Shown here one piece after another: positions 42,763-51,064 of a DNA stretch of 53,116 nt (the stretch's first letter is position 1; every line of letters starts with the position of its first letter). The notes beneath the pieces were generated by a model. It was not told the origin of the DNA, ran no database searches, and saw nothing but the letters and a program-made list of their open reading frames with translations. A program made the translations under genes and the position numbers. Origin of the DNA: Parcubacteria group bacterium GW2011_GWA2_49_9 (GTDB taxonomy: Bacteria > Patescibacteriota > Minisyncoccia > Phycocordibacterales > UBA10002); NCBI GenBank assembly GCA_001004005.1, contig LCQF01000023.1:1-53116 (forward strand). Reading direction: 5' to 3'.

Positions 42763-44928
42763 TTAGACCTTTGGTGTCGGCTTCTTGATGAAGTTCGGGT
42801 CGGCGTCCTTGATGGAGAGCTTGATGCGGCCACGTTCCTTGTCAATTTCTTTGACGACGACTGGCACCTTGTCCCCCACTTTGAGTACGGACTCTACTCG
42901 GTCAATACGGAATGGGGCGATTTCGGAAACGTGTACCATTCCATCGGTGTTATCATTCAGTTCCACGAAAGCTCCGAACTCGGCGATTTTCACCACGGTG
43001 CCCGTGAGACGGTCACCCGGGGAGAATTCGTGCGTAAGCTCTTCTATCATCTTCGCCGCTTTGCCCGCGCTCCCTTCTTTGCCGGAAATAAATATCGTGC
43101 CATCCTCTTCAATATCAATCGCGTCAACGCCGGTCTTCTCCTTGATACCGTTAATCGTCTTGCCTCCCCCGCCGATCACGAGGCCAATCTGGTCTTTCTT
43201 TACCTTGATGATGATAATTTTCGGAGCAAGCGGAGAAATATCAGGCCGAGGTGAAGCGATTTCACGCGTAATTACTTCCAGAATCTTGTACCGTGCCTGC
43301 TTCGCTTTCTCAAACGCTTCAGTGAGAATCGGAAGTGGAATGCCGTTTACCTTCACGTCCATCTGCACGGCGGTCACTCCCGCTTTCGTTCCGGCGACTT
43401 TGAAGTCCATATCGCCATGATGGTCTTCCGGCCCCTGAATGTCGGTCAGCACTTTGTATTCCTTCGAATTTCGCATCATCAGTCCCGACGCTATTCCAGC
43501 AACCGGCGCGGTAATCGGTACCCCGCCGTCCATAAGAGCAAGTGTTGAGCCACAAACCGAACCCATTGAGGTGGAACCGTTTGAGGCGAGAGCTTCAGAC
43601 ACAAGACGAATCGTGTAGGGGAATTTCTCCATAGCGGGGATAACCGGAAGAAGGGCTTTCTCCGCGAGCGCGCCGTGGCCAATCATACGGCGGTTGGTTG
43701 AGCCGATGCGTCCTGTCTCGCCCGTTGAGAACGGTGGGAAGTTGTAGTGGTGCAAAAATCGCTTCTTGGAGTCGTGGATTTCCATGTTGTCGATAATTTG
43801 CGCGTCACCCGGACCTCCGAGTGTGAGTACCGACAGTACGTGTGTCTGTCCGCGGTAGAAAATACCGGAACCGTGAAGCATTTTTGAAACACCTCCCGCT
43901 TTTGCGTAGAGAGTACGCACTTCGTCCATACCGCGCCCGTCCGGACGGCGGTTATTATCAATCGCTTCATCGTGAATGAGATTGTTGACCTCGTCCTCAT
44001 AGAGGTTGTCAAAGACACTCGGCTTCGTGTCGGGGAATCGTTCTTTTGCGATAGCCATCCACTCACCTTTCAGTTCATAGATACGTGCGTTTCCCGCTTG
44101 GCCGAAAACGTACTCCTTCATCCGAGTTGCGATTTTTTCCGCAAAAAGTTCCTTGAGGGTTACCGGTGTTTCAGGAAGCGCGACAGTCTGCTTCTTCTTA
44201 CCGATTTCGGAAACAATCTGTTTCTGCCACGTCTGGATTTTTTCAATTTCTCCCGATGCCTCCTCAAGTCCGGCGACAATGACTCCTTCCTGAACCTCCT
44301 TCCCTCCCACTTCTATCATATTCACGAGGCCGTCTTTCCCACAGGCCACCAGGTCCATTTCAAATTCGGGATTTTCGGCACGGTCTTTGTAAGCAGGATT
44401 AATAATGAAGAATTTTTTTCCATCTGCGTTTATCTGCGTTTCTTCATATCCGCGTTTATCCGCGAGTAGCCCGATACGGACTGCGGAAACAGGGCCGTTC
44501 CACGGAATGTCAGACACTCCGAGTGCGAGACTGGCTCCGATAACGGCGAGAATATCCGGGTCATCTTCGGCAATAGAAAGAATCGTAATCACCACCTGCA
44601 CGTCGCGACGCATCCGCTGGTCAAACAGCGGGCGGATGGTACGGTCTACGATGCGTCCAGAAAGTACCGCCTCATCGGTCGGACGTCCTTCACGGCGGAT
44701 AAAGCGTGAGCCGAGGATTTCTCCCGCGGCGTAGAAGCGTTCTTCGTAATCAACCGTGAGCGGGAAGAAGTCCATATCCTTCTCTCCTTTGGACATCGTC
44801 GCGGTCACAAGTGCCGTCGTGTCGCCGTACTTCATAATCACCGAGCCGTTCGCCTGTTCGGCAAGGTCGGTAAACTCGGCGGTCAATTTCTTTCCGCCGA
44901 CTTCTATAGAAAACTCTTTCTTTTGCAT
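42763..44928 (-). CDS. pnp: Polyribonucleotide nucleotidyltransferase (PNPase)
   Basis: Two RNase PH domains, a KH domain (GKTINGIKEKTG) and an S1 domain (GTVVKIAEFGAFVEL). Start at MQKKEFSIEVGGKKL. Confidence 0.92.
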   Translation of the reverse strand: MQKKEFSIEVGGKKLTAEFTDLAEQANGSVIMKYGDTTALVTATMSKGEKDMDFFPLTVDYEERFYAAGEILGSRFIRREGRPTDEAVLSGRIVDRTIRPLFDQRMRRDVQVVITILSIAEDDPDILAVIGASLALGVSDIPWNGPVSAVRIGLLADKRGYEETQINADGKKFFIINPAYKDRAENPEFEMDLVACGKDGLVNMIEVGGKEVQEGVIVAGLEEASGEIEKIQTWQKQIVSEIGKKKQTVALPETPVTLKELFAEKIATRMKEYVFGQAGNARIYELKGEWMAIAKERFPDTKPSVFDNLYEDEVNNLIHDEAIDNNRRPDGRGMDEVRTLYAKAGGVSKMLHGSGIFYRGQTHVLSVLTLGGPGDAQIIDNMEIHDSKKRFLHHYNFPPFSTGETGRIGSTNRRMIGHGALAEKALLPVIPAMEKFPYTIRLVSEALASNGSTSMGSVCGSTLALMDGGVPITAPVAGIASGLMMRNSKEYKVLTDIQGPEDHHGDMDFKVAGTKAGVTAVQMDVKVNGIPLPILTEAFEKAKQARYKILEVITREIASPRPDISPLAPKIIIIKVKKDQIGLVIGGGGKTINGIKEKTGVDAIDIEEDGTIFISGKEGSAGKAAKMIEELTHEFSPGDRLTGTVVKIAEFGAFVELNDNTDGMVHVSEIAPFRIDRVESVLKVGDKVPVVVKEIDKERGRIKLSIKDADPNFIKKPTPKV

Positions 44929-44934
44929 AAAAGA

Positions 44935-45095
44935 CCACGGAAGCGACACGGAAGGAAGAACACGGAAGCGACACGGAACCTTCCTATTCCCCCTTTATAA
45001 AAGGGAGCACTGCCGTCTTCGGCAGGAGGGATTTAGTTCCGATTCTGTTCCGCGTTGCTTTGGTTCTGTGTCAGTTCTGCGTATTGAGGCTGACC
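44935..45095. repeat. CACGGAA-theme inverted repeat with a GC-rich two-hairpin unit in its loop
   Basis: cacggaagcgacacggaaggaagaacacggaagcgacacggaacc ... ccccctttataaaagggagcactgccgtcttcggcaggaggg ... gttccgattctgttccgcgttgctttggttctgtg. Confidence 0.65.
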
Positions 45096-45232
45096 TCTAG
45101 ATTGGAGACTTGAACGCACTGTTCAGGTCTGTGTATCCAGAGACCAACCGTTACTGATAATTGACGTCAGTCTAGCACAGTTTTCCCCCTTGTAATATTT
45201 GACAACGTCGCCATCTACTTGTAATTTAAACA

Positions 45233-45607
45233 ATGGAGTCGGACACTTCTGACATCCTCGACAACAACAATCAGCGAGAAAATAGTATGATTCATCCAAA
45301 AAAGACTTCCAGCGAAGTAACTTTGCTGGATATTGGAGCAACCGTCCTTACTGCTGGCGTGTTCGCCTTAGTCGCAGTGGGAATTGCGGGGATAGCAGGT
45401 GCTGTCCTGTCTGGCGGACGGGAGAGAGAAGGAGAAGACCCTATCAATCCTTCCGACTCTAAAATCCCAGAGCCGGAAAGCCAACCCATACAACCACCAC
45501 CAGGAAAACCCGTCCGGGTTGCGGGCATTGTGAGCTTTGCCACCCGCGGAATGGTGATTTTTGTCCGGAGTGCGGTTACGATAACGACTAAGGTCAGACG
45601 GCCTTAG
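45233..45607 (+). CDS. Small single-TM protein; a CxxC...CxxC zinc ribbon is encoded in another frame at its 3' end
   Basis: TM ATVLTAGVFALVAVGIAGIAGAVL. Alternate frame 45520-45591 reads CGHCELCHPRNGDFCPECGYDND*. Confidence 0.45.
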   Translation: MESDTSDILDNNNQRENSMIHPKKTSSEVTLLDIGATVLTAGVFALVAVGIAGIAGAVLSGGREREGEDPINPSDSKIPEPESQPIQPPPGKPVRVAGIVSFATRGMVIFVRSAVTITTKVRRP

Positions 45608-45694
45608 CCATACGCAATTTTTTTAGAGCGGTACACCTCGTGTATCGCTTTTTCTTACCTAAAAGCTAGAACCTAAAAGCTAAAAGCCGTTTTT

Positions 45695-46207
45695 TTACCT
45701 CCTGCTCCCCAAGAGATACTTCCTCGGATTTTCGTCCAAGTCCAAAAAGTCGTCGCAGACTTCAAGAAGTTTGCCTGATGTTGATTTGCCAAACGCGGCA
45801 ACTTCCACCTGACACCCCTGCATCTTGAGATATTCCACAAGCGGGACAAAGTCTCCGTCGCCGGCAACAATAATCACGACATCTAGTTTTGGTGCAAGTT
45901 TTACCGCGTCAATCGCGATTCCGACGTCCCAATCGGCCTTTTTTGCTCCACTACCGAAGATTTGAAGCGGCTTTGACTTCGTTTCAATACCGACTTTCTC
46001 CAAAGCTTCAAAAAACCCTTTCTCTTCGCCACTTTCCGTCGTAATGAGGTATGCGATTGCGCGGACCAGAATACGGTCCCCCACCACATCCTTGAGGACT
46101 TGGCCGAAGTTTACGTTTGCGTGATAAAGATTCTTCGCGCTGTGATACAAATTTTGCGTGTCAATAAAAACACCGACTCGCTGCTCTACATGTTTGATAA
46201 CTGCCAT
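45695..46207 (-). CDS. NYN-domain (LabA/DUF88-like) protein
   Basis: VGVFIDTQNLYHSAK...ADWDVGIAIDAV...VVIIVAGDGDFVPLVEYL. Start at MAVIKHVEQRV. Confidence 0.75.
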   Translation of the reverse strand: MAVIKHVEQRVGVFIDTQNLYHSAKNLYHANVNFGQVLKDVVGDRILVRAIAYLITTESGEEKGFFEALEKVGIETKSKPLQIFGSGAKKADWDVGIAIDAVKLAPKLDVVIIVAGDGDFVPLVEYLKMQGCQVEVAAFGKSTSGKLLEVCDDFLDLDENPRKYLLGSRR

Positions 46208-46256
46208 GGCTGATTTGTAAGGAGCATAGCGACTATACAAATCGCCATCCAGCCGT

Positions 46257-46352
46257 AGTTTTTTCACAGAATGTGAATCCTAAGACTGAACATCTCCCGA
46301 CGATTAAACGTATTAAAAAATAGAACTAACTTATTAAAAACTACGGCTGGAT
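46257..46352. repeat. 17-bp perfect inverted repeat with a 62-nt loop between rpsO and the NYN gene
   Basis: atccagccgtagttttt (46257-46273) pairs with aaaaactacggctggat (46336-46352). The arms match the CCAGCCGTAGTTT variable stem of the GC-rich units at 29461 and 29681. Confidence 0.75.
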
Positions 46353-46407
46353 AATGTTTGGCGGTGATATTTTATAGAGCTTCGCTCATAACATATCAGC
46401 CAAGCCA

Positions 46408-46674
46408 TTACTTCTTTAAATCCATCTTCTTCAAGATGGCGTTGTAACGACGGGTATTCTTCTTCTGAAGATAGCGGAGGTGTGATTGTCTATCTGCAAC
46501 CATTGAGAGAAGACCGCGTCGCGAATGCGTGTCCTTCTTGTGCTCTTTAAGGTGTTTGGAGAGTTCGTCAATGCGTTTTGTGAGCACAGCAATCTGAACT
46601 TCCGGTGACCCCGTATCCTTATCGTGAATGGCTACTTCCTTTATGATTTTTTGCTTGCGGTTTTTCGTTAACAT
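46408..46674 (-). CDS. rpsO: 30S ribosomal protein S15
   Basis: GSPEVQIAVLTKRIDELSKHLKEHKKDTHSRRGLLSMV. Upstream of pnp, in the classical rpsO...pnp neighbourhood. Confidence 0.9.
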   Translation of the reverse strand: MLTKNRKQKIIKEVAIHDKDTGSPEVQIAVLTKRIDELSKHLKEHKKDTHSRRGLLSMVADRQSHLRYLQKKNTRRYNAILKKMDLKK

Positions 46675-46787
46675 GGTGCAATGAGAATAGCATAAAAGGC
46701 TTTATATTGCAAGCTGTTTAGCTTTATTGCTGGGTAAAATGACTCAAAACAGCAACAATAACCTCCTCAAATAAGCTGAAACAAGCG

Positions 46788-46834
46788 TATAAAGGACAGT
46801 TATCCACATGGTGTCCTTTACGCTGTCCTTTATA
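46788..46834. promoter_or_regulatory. ATAAAGGACA / TGTCCTTTA motif triad (1 forward + 2 reverse) enclosing a perfect DnaA box
   Basis: tataaaggacag 46788-46799; TTATCCACA 46800-46808; tgtccttta 46812-46820; tgtcctttata 46824-46834. TATACT follows at 46841. Confidence 0.5.
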
Positions 46835-46849
46835 AAGAGCTATACTAGT

Positions 46850-47168
46850 GGCAGTCGGGGGAATGTGTAGATTGCATTGCCCTGAAACGCGGTTCTTTGA
46901 AAGAGGATTCAACTCTCTCTTATCGGAAGAAAAATTCCAAAAGCTAGATTCTTGGGAAATGTTTTCACATTTTTCTTAATTCGGGAACCACTTTCCCGGG
47001 CTGGCTATCATCAGTCTTTTCTTTCCGATTCTCCTAGGTCGGTTCGACGATTGTCGGACTTAGGCCTTTGCCAAATCTCACACCGTGAGATTCGGCACAA
47101 GCCGTCCCTACAGGTTAAACCTTCTTTCAAGAAACCAAAGAAGGCCGCCCTGTTCGGGCGGCTTTTCT
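46850..47168 (+). ncRNA. Candidate unannotated structured transcript (class unknown)
   Basis: ~320-nt gap without a convincing ORF. -10-like TATACT at 46841. Local hairpins (aatctcac/gtgagatt 47072-47092; cggga/tcccg). GC-rich hairpin plus T-run at 47144-47168. Confidence 0.25.
47144..47168. terminator. Probable bidirectional Rho-independent terminator (downstream of cca on minus; end of candidate transcript on plus)
   Basis: gccgccc-tgttc-gggcggc, with a T-run on plus and a T-rich tract on minus. Confidence 0.6.
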
Positions 47169-47271
47169 TATCAGTTGTTAGATTTAGGATTAAAGATTTA
47201 AGTAAGACAACACTGGGGCTTCGGCTTCTCTCCTCTTCCTAAAACCTAGAAGCTAACAGCTAAAACCTTCT

Positions 47272-48744
47272 TCAAGATACCCAATGCTTCTTTCGTATCT
47301 CTTTTAGGGTCATTTCCTCCTCTTTTTCCTTGGTTTGCTTCGCCTTTTCTCCTACCGCCGCAAGCTCACTTTCCGGTAAGGCGGCAAGCTCCAAGGCTCT
47401 TTTTTCAAGATATTCCTCGGTATTCCTCGTTGGGTCATCCAAAACCTCCTCTAGCAGTACATGCAGTATGTTCCCTATCGAAGGCCCGGGGACTAGTTTG
47501 GTAATCTCTAGGATTCTTCCACCGTTTATCTTCAGCATCCCGACGGAGAGCGGGTCCCTCATTACCTCATCAACCATAGAATGATATTTACGGAGCCTAT
47601 AGGGGCTTTCTTTCGGTCTTCCGGTACCGATACGGTCGCATGTCCTAACATCCATCAGGTCCCAGATATGTTCCTTTCCCACCCGTGTGACGATTCTTCG
47701 TACCGCAGAATGTGTAATTTGCTCGGTATCGGAAAAGAACATATGCCACCTCACCAGTGTTGTTACGGTTTCAATCATTTTCTTCGGAAAAGCGAGGCGA
47801 GCCATAATTTTCGCCGCCATTTTTGCCCCCATCATATCGTGGCCATAGAACGTCCAGTCCTTTTTCTCTTCCGACCAGCGTCTTGTAGCCGGTTTCCCTA
47901 TGTCATGAAAGAGGGCCGCGAGGCGTGTTTCAAGTGAAAAGCCCTTTTTCGCGGCGTGTTCAACTGTTCGCAGTGTATGCTCAAACACATCAAACGAATG
48001 TGCCTTGTTCTGCGCAACCCCGATACCCTCTTCAAGCTCCGGAGCAATATGCTTCAGAATTCCTAATTTCTGGCTTAAGATAAGGCCAATCTGTGGTCGT
48101 GGAGACATGACAATTCGTATGAATTCCTCACGAATTCGCTCCCCCGCCATCAGTTTAATGTGTTTTGCGTTCGTGGCGATGGCATTCTGGGTCGCAGGGT
48201 CAATCGTAAAATCAAGTTCCACGGCTATTCGTATCGCCCGTAGCATTCGGAGCGCATCCTCATTAAATCGTGCTTCCGGCTCCCCTACCGTACGGATAGT
48301 TTTCTTTTTTAGGTCAGTCTGTCCGTCAAAGAGGTCCACAATCTTTCCCGAAAGCGTTAAGGCGATGGCGTTAATCGTGAAATCACGACGCTTGAGGTCA
48401 TCTTCGAGCTTGGAGCTCCACACGACCGAATCAGGCCGCCGCTTGTCCGTATATCCCCCCTCAAGGCGGTATGGGGTTACCTCCACGACTTTCAAGGTCT
48501 CGTCCTCTACTCCATCGTTCACTACTCCCACAGTGCCATATTCATTCTCATAGAAGGTATTGGTAAACAATGTGGCGATTTGTTCAGGTGTGGCGTTGGT
48601 TGTGATATCCCAATCCTTCGGTTTCCGAGAAATAAGCAGGTCCCGTACGCATCCCCCGATAAGATACGCTTCAAAACCCTTGTTTTCCAAGGTTTTTGCA
48701 ACTTGAGCGATTTCTTTGGGAATAAGAATTTTTTCAATCCTCAT
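47272..48744 (-). CDS. cca: CCA-adding tRNA nucleotidyltransferase with HD domain
   Basis: GGCVRDLL, KDWDITT, HD motif FHDIGK. Start at MRIEKILIPKE; the longer track ORF runs into the tRNA. Confidence 0.88.
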   Translation of the reverse strand: MRIEKILIPKEIAQVAKTLENKGFEAYLIGGCVRDLLISRKPKDWDITTNATPEQIATLFTNTFYENEYGTVGVVNDGVEDETLKVVEVTPYRLEGGYTDKRRPDSVVWSSKLEDDLKRRDFTINAIALTLSGKIVDLFDGQTDLKKKTIRTVGEPEARFNEDALRMLRAIRIAVELDFTIDPATQNAIATNAKHIKLMAGERIREEFIRIVMSPRPQIGLILSQKLGILKHIAPELEEGIGVAQNKAHSFDVFEHTLRTVEHAAKKGFSLETRLAALFHDIGKPATRRWSEEKKDWTFYGHDMMGAKMAAKIMARLAFPKKMIETVTTLVRWHMFFSDTEQITHSAVRRIVTRVGKEHIWDLMDVRTCDRIGTGRPKESPYRLRKYHSMVDEVMRDPLSVGMLKINGGRILEITKLVPGPSIGNILHVLLEEVLDDPTRNTEEYLEKRALELAALPESELAAVGEKAKQTKEKEEEMTLKEIRKKHWVS

Positions 48745-48754
48745 AAACTTTTTT

Positions 48755-48827
48755 TGCGCCCGGCAGGACTCGAACCTGCAACCCCTTGGTTCGAAGCCAA
48801 GTACTCTATCCTTTGAGCTACGGGCGC
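48755..48827 (-). tRNA. tRNA-Arg (anticodon UCG), no encoded CCA
   Basis: Acceptor GCGCCCG/CGGGCGC, anticodon stem CTTGG/CCAAG with loop CTTCGAA, T arm GCAGG-TTCGAGT-CCTGC. Confidence 0.9.
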
Positions 48828-48908
48828 GCAGATTAATCATAATCTATTTGGTCAAAAATTGTTAGTTTTCCACACCGAACCCGCAATTTGTACTGTACAA
48901 TTAGTATT

Positions 48909-49586
48909 ATGCGGTTTGATAAAGAAAAAGCCTTTGAGTTGAGGCGAGCCGGAAAGAGCTACAAGGCGATAAAGGCAGAATTAGGTATGTCGCTAGCAAC
49001 TCTTTCGGATTGGTTTAGAAATGAGGAATGGTCGAAAGATATCAAATCCAGGCTTTCTTCCGAATCTTCAACTAAGAACTCTTATAAGTTAGATTTGATG
49101 CGTAGGGCCAGAAGAAAACAACTCGATTTACTTTATGAAAGGGCTCAAAAAGAAGCCTTTGAAGAGTATCAGACACATCAAAATAACCCCGTTTTTATCG
49201 CCGGACTTATGATTTATTGGGGCGAAGGGGACAAACTATCTAAATATCGCTCGGGGATAGCGAACACAGAACCCCTTATGATCAAGGTATTTTTGCGTTT
49301 TTTGCTGGAAATCTGCCGGATCCAAAAGGAAAAGATACGAATATGGCTACTACTTTACCCTGATTTAGACGAATTACTTTGCAAAAAGTACTGGATGCAG
49401 TACACAGGACTGCAAGATGACAATTTCTTCCAGAGTATTCGGATAGAAGGCAAAAGTCGAGTACGCAGGTTGAACTATGGAGTCTGTAATGTGAGCATCA
49501 GCAATAGATATTTCAAAGAGAAGATGCTAATATGGCTCACGTTAGCGTCAAAGCATTTTGCCAATTCTGAAGCGGGTATAGTTTAA
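48909..49586 (+). CDS. HTH plus LAGLIDADG-like (homing-endonuclease-like) protein
   Basis: N-terminal resolvase-type HTH (SYKAIKAELGMSLATLSDWF). VFIAGLMIYWGEGDK resembles a LAGLIDADG motif. The 3' end overlaps tRNA-Gly by 15 nt. Lower-GC DNA. Confidence 0.45.
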   Translation: MRFDKEKAFELRRAGKSYKAIKAELGMSLATLSDWFRNEEWSKDIKSRLSSESSTKNSYKLDLMRRARRKQLDLLYERAQKEAFEEYQTHQNNPVFIAGLMIYWGEGDKLSKYRSGIANTEPLMIKVFLRFLLEICRIQKEKIRIWLLLYPDLDELLCKKYWMQYTGLQDDNFFQSIRIEGKSRVRRLNYGVCNVSISNRYFKEKMLIWLTLASKHFANSEAGIV

Positions 49587-49642
49587 TGGCAGGACGGCTC
49601 CTTGCCAAGGAGCAGGCGGGAGTTCGATTCTCCCTACCCGCA
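49572..49642 (+). tRNA. tRNA-Gly (anticodon GCC), no encoded CCA
   Basis: Acceptor GCGGGTA/TACCCGC, anticodon stem GCTCC/GGAGC with loop TTGCCAA, T arm GGGAG-TTCGATT-CTCCC. Confidence 0.9.
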
Positions 49643-49668
49643 CAGCAGTCTTTTAACAAAAAAGCGAG

Positions 49669-49758
49669 AATACTCTTTGAACGGGGCTTGCGAACGCGAC
49701 GGCGGAGCACTTGAGGAGTTTTTCAGCAGAAAAACTCCGTACCCGTTCAAAGAGTATT
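49669..49758. repeat. 90-nt nested hairpin immediately downstream of tRNA-Gly
   Basis: Outer 17-bp perfect stem aatactctttgaacggg / cccgttcaaagagtatt. Inner 9-bp stem ggagttttt / aaaaactcc. Confidence 0.7.
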
Positions 49759-49924
49759 TGAGCGGCCACCTGTGGATAAGACAGGGGATATGTGTATAAA
49801 GGACACACTCACGGTTCACATGAAATGAGTGAAAACGGCTAATAACAAGACTTAATTGAAAAAGACAGGTCAAACAAAGTCTTTTAATGTTTCACATGAA
49901 ACATATATAATTTGAGAATTAAAA

Positions 49925-50338
49925 ATGGAAAAGTCAATAGTTTTACAAGTAGGAGTTAAGATTTTTCTAAAGAATGAATTTGGCAAGTATTTGCTTTTGA
50001 AAAGGTCACCTGTCCGTTATCCGAATATAAAAAATTTCTGGGACATCCCAGGCGGAAGAATCTTCCCAGGGACACCACTTTTGGAAAATATAAAAAGGGA
50101 AGTCTTTGAGGAGACAAAACTTTCAGTTGCTGGCGACCTGAAATTAATAGGCGCACAGGACATTATCCGGTTACCCGAGAAACATATCGTGCGTTTAACT
50201 TTTTCGGCGGCAACCTCCGGTGAACCTGTCCTTAATGAGGAGCATTTGGAATTCAAATGGCTGACATTGGAGGAAATGAAAAACATAAAAGAGCTTGATG
50301 AGTTTACGCGTGAAATTTTAGAGAAGAATCTTATTTGA
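49925..50338 (+). CDS. NUDIX hydrolase
   Basis: Nudix box GGRIFPGTPLLENIKREVFEETKL. Confidence 0.85.
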   Translation: MEKSIVLQVGVKIFLKNEFGKYLLLKRSPVRYPNIKNFWDIPGGRIFPGTPLLENIKREVFEETKLSVAGDLKLIGAQDIIRLPEKHIVRLTFSAATSGEPVLNEEHLEFKWLTLEEMKNIKELDEFTREILEKNLI

Positions 50339-50343
50339 TAAAA

Positions 50344-50377
50344 ATATTTGTCCGCCCGAGGTAGACAAATATTTTTT
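50344..50377 (+). terminator. Rho-independent terminator after the NUDIX gene
   Basis: atatttgtc / gacaaatat 9-bp stem, 11-nt loop, T-run. Confidence 0.7.
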
Positions 50378-50388
50378 GCTTTACAAAA

Positions 50389-50880
50389 GTGGGGAAGACA
50401 CAGAAAACTGGTTCGCTCGGTGAAGAACTTGTAACAATGTTTCTTATGAAACGAGGGTACACGATTCTTCATCGGAATTATAGAAGGCCGTGGGGTGAGT
50501 TGGATGTCGTTGCTGTGAAGAAAAATAAAATTCACTTTGTTGAGGTGAAAGCGATGTCACGGGGGTTTGTTTCAGATGAAACCCGCTTGCCCCGTAGTGA
50601 ACCGAGTCCGCGAGGTTCTACTACTGGGGTTTCATCAGAAACATCCGGTCGTGAAAAGGCGTTGGCATACGTGCACTCTGGGATAAAGAAAGATCGCTTC
50701 AGGGCGGAGGATAATGTGAATGCTGTAAAAATGAAGCGATTAGGCCGTATAATACAGACCTATTTGGGTGCGGAACATGTTTCATCTGAAACAAACTGGC
50801 AGTTTGATGTGGCAACGGTATATATAGACGGTACACAGAAGAAAGCAAAAATAAATTTTATGGAGGACCTCATTTTGTGA
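50389..50880 (+). CDS. YraN/UPF0102-family endonuclease-like protein with an in-frame palindromic insertion
   Basis: GSLGEELVTMFLMKRGYTILHRNYRRPWGELDVVA...IHFVEVKA...QFDVATVYI. Insertion ~50569-50642 (VSDETRLPRSEPSPRGSTTGVSSET). GTG start. Confidence 0.7.
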   Translation: MGKTQKTGSLGEELVTMFLMKRGYTILHRNYRRPWGELDVVAVKKNKIHFVEVKAMSRGFVSDETRLPRSEPSPRGSTTGVSSETSGREKALAYVHSGIKKDRFRAEDNVNAVKMKRLGRIIQTYLGAEHVSSETNWQFDVATVYIDGTQKKAKINFMEDLIL

Positions 50881-50883
50881 ATT

Positions 50884-50930
50884 CATAAAGGACATAGCAT
50901 ATTTGATATGTCCTTTATGAATGTCCTTTA
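50884..50930. promoter_or_regulatory. Second ATAAAGGACA / TGTCCTTTA motif triad (same 1 forward + 2 reverse architecture), upstream of tRNA-Pro
   Basis: cataaaggaca 50884-50894; tgtcctttatg 50909-50919; tgtccttta 50922-50930. Confidence 0.5.
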
Positions 50931-50971
50931 GAAAAATAGTGAGGGTCGTGTTAGTATCAAAGAGTTTTAAT

Positions 50972-51042
50972 CGGGGTATGGTGTAACGGTAGCATACTTG
51001 CTTTGGGAGCAAGCAGTCCCAGTTCAAATCTGGGTACCCCGA
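50972..51042 (+). tRNA. tRNA-Pro (anticodon UGG), no encoded CCA
   Basis: Acceptor CGGGGTA/TACCCCG, anticodon stem CTTGC/GCAAG with loop TTTGGGA, T arm CCCAG-TTCAAAT-CTGGG. Confidence 0.88.
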
Positions 51043-51064
51043 ATTGGTAATTGAGTCCGACGCG

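Noticed and set aside
48745-48840. N-terminal extensions of track ORFs: cca to 48840, uvrD to 36192, comM to 41075, pnp to 44949, NYN to 46267, dksA-like to 41594, PrgI to 20083, and 13192..14370.
   Set aside because: The extensions run into a tRNA gene or into repeat or hairpin DNA. An internal ATG gives the family-typical N-terminus in each case.
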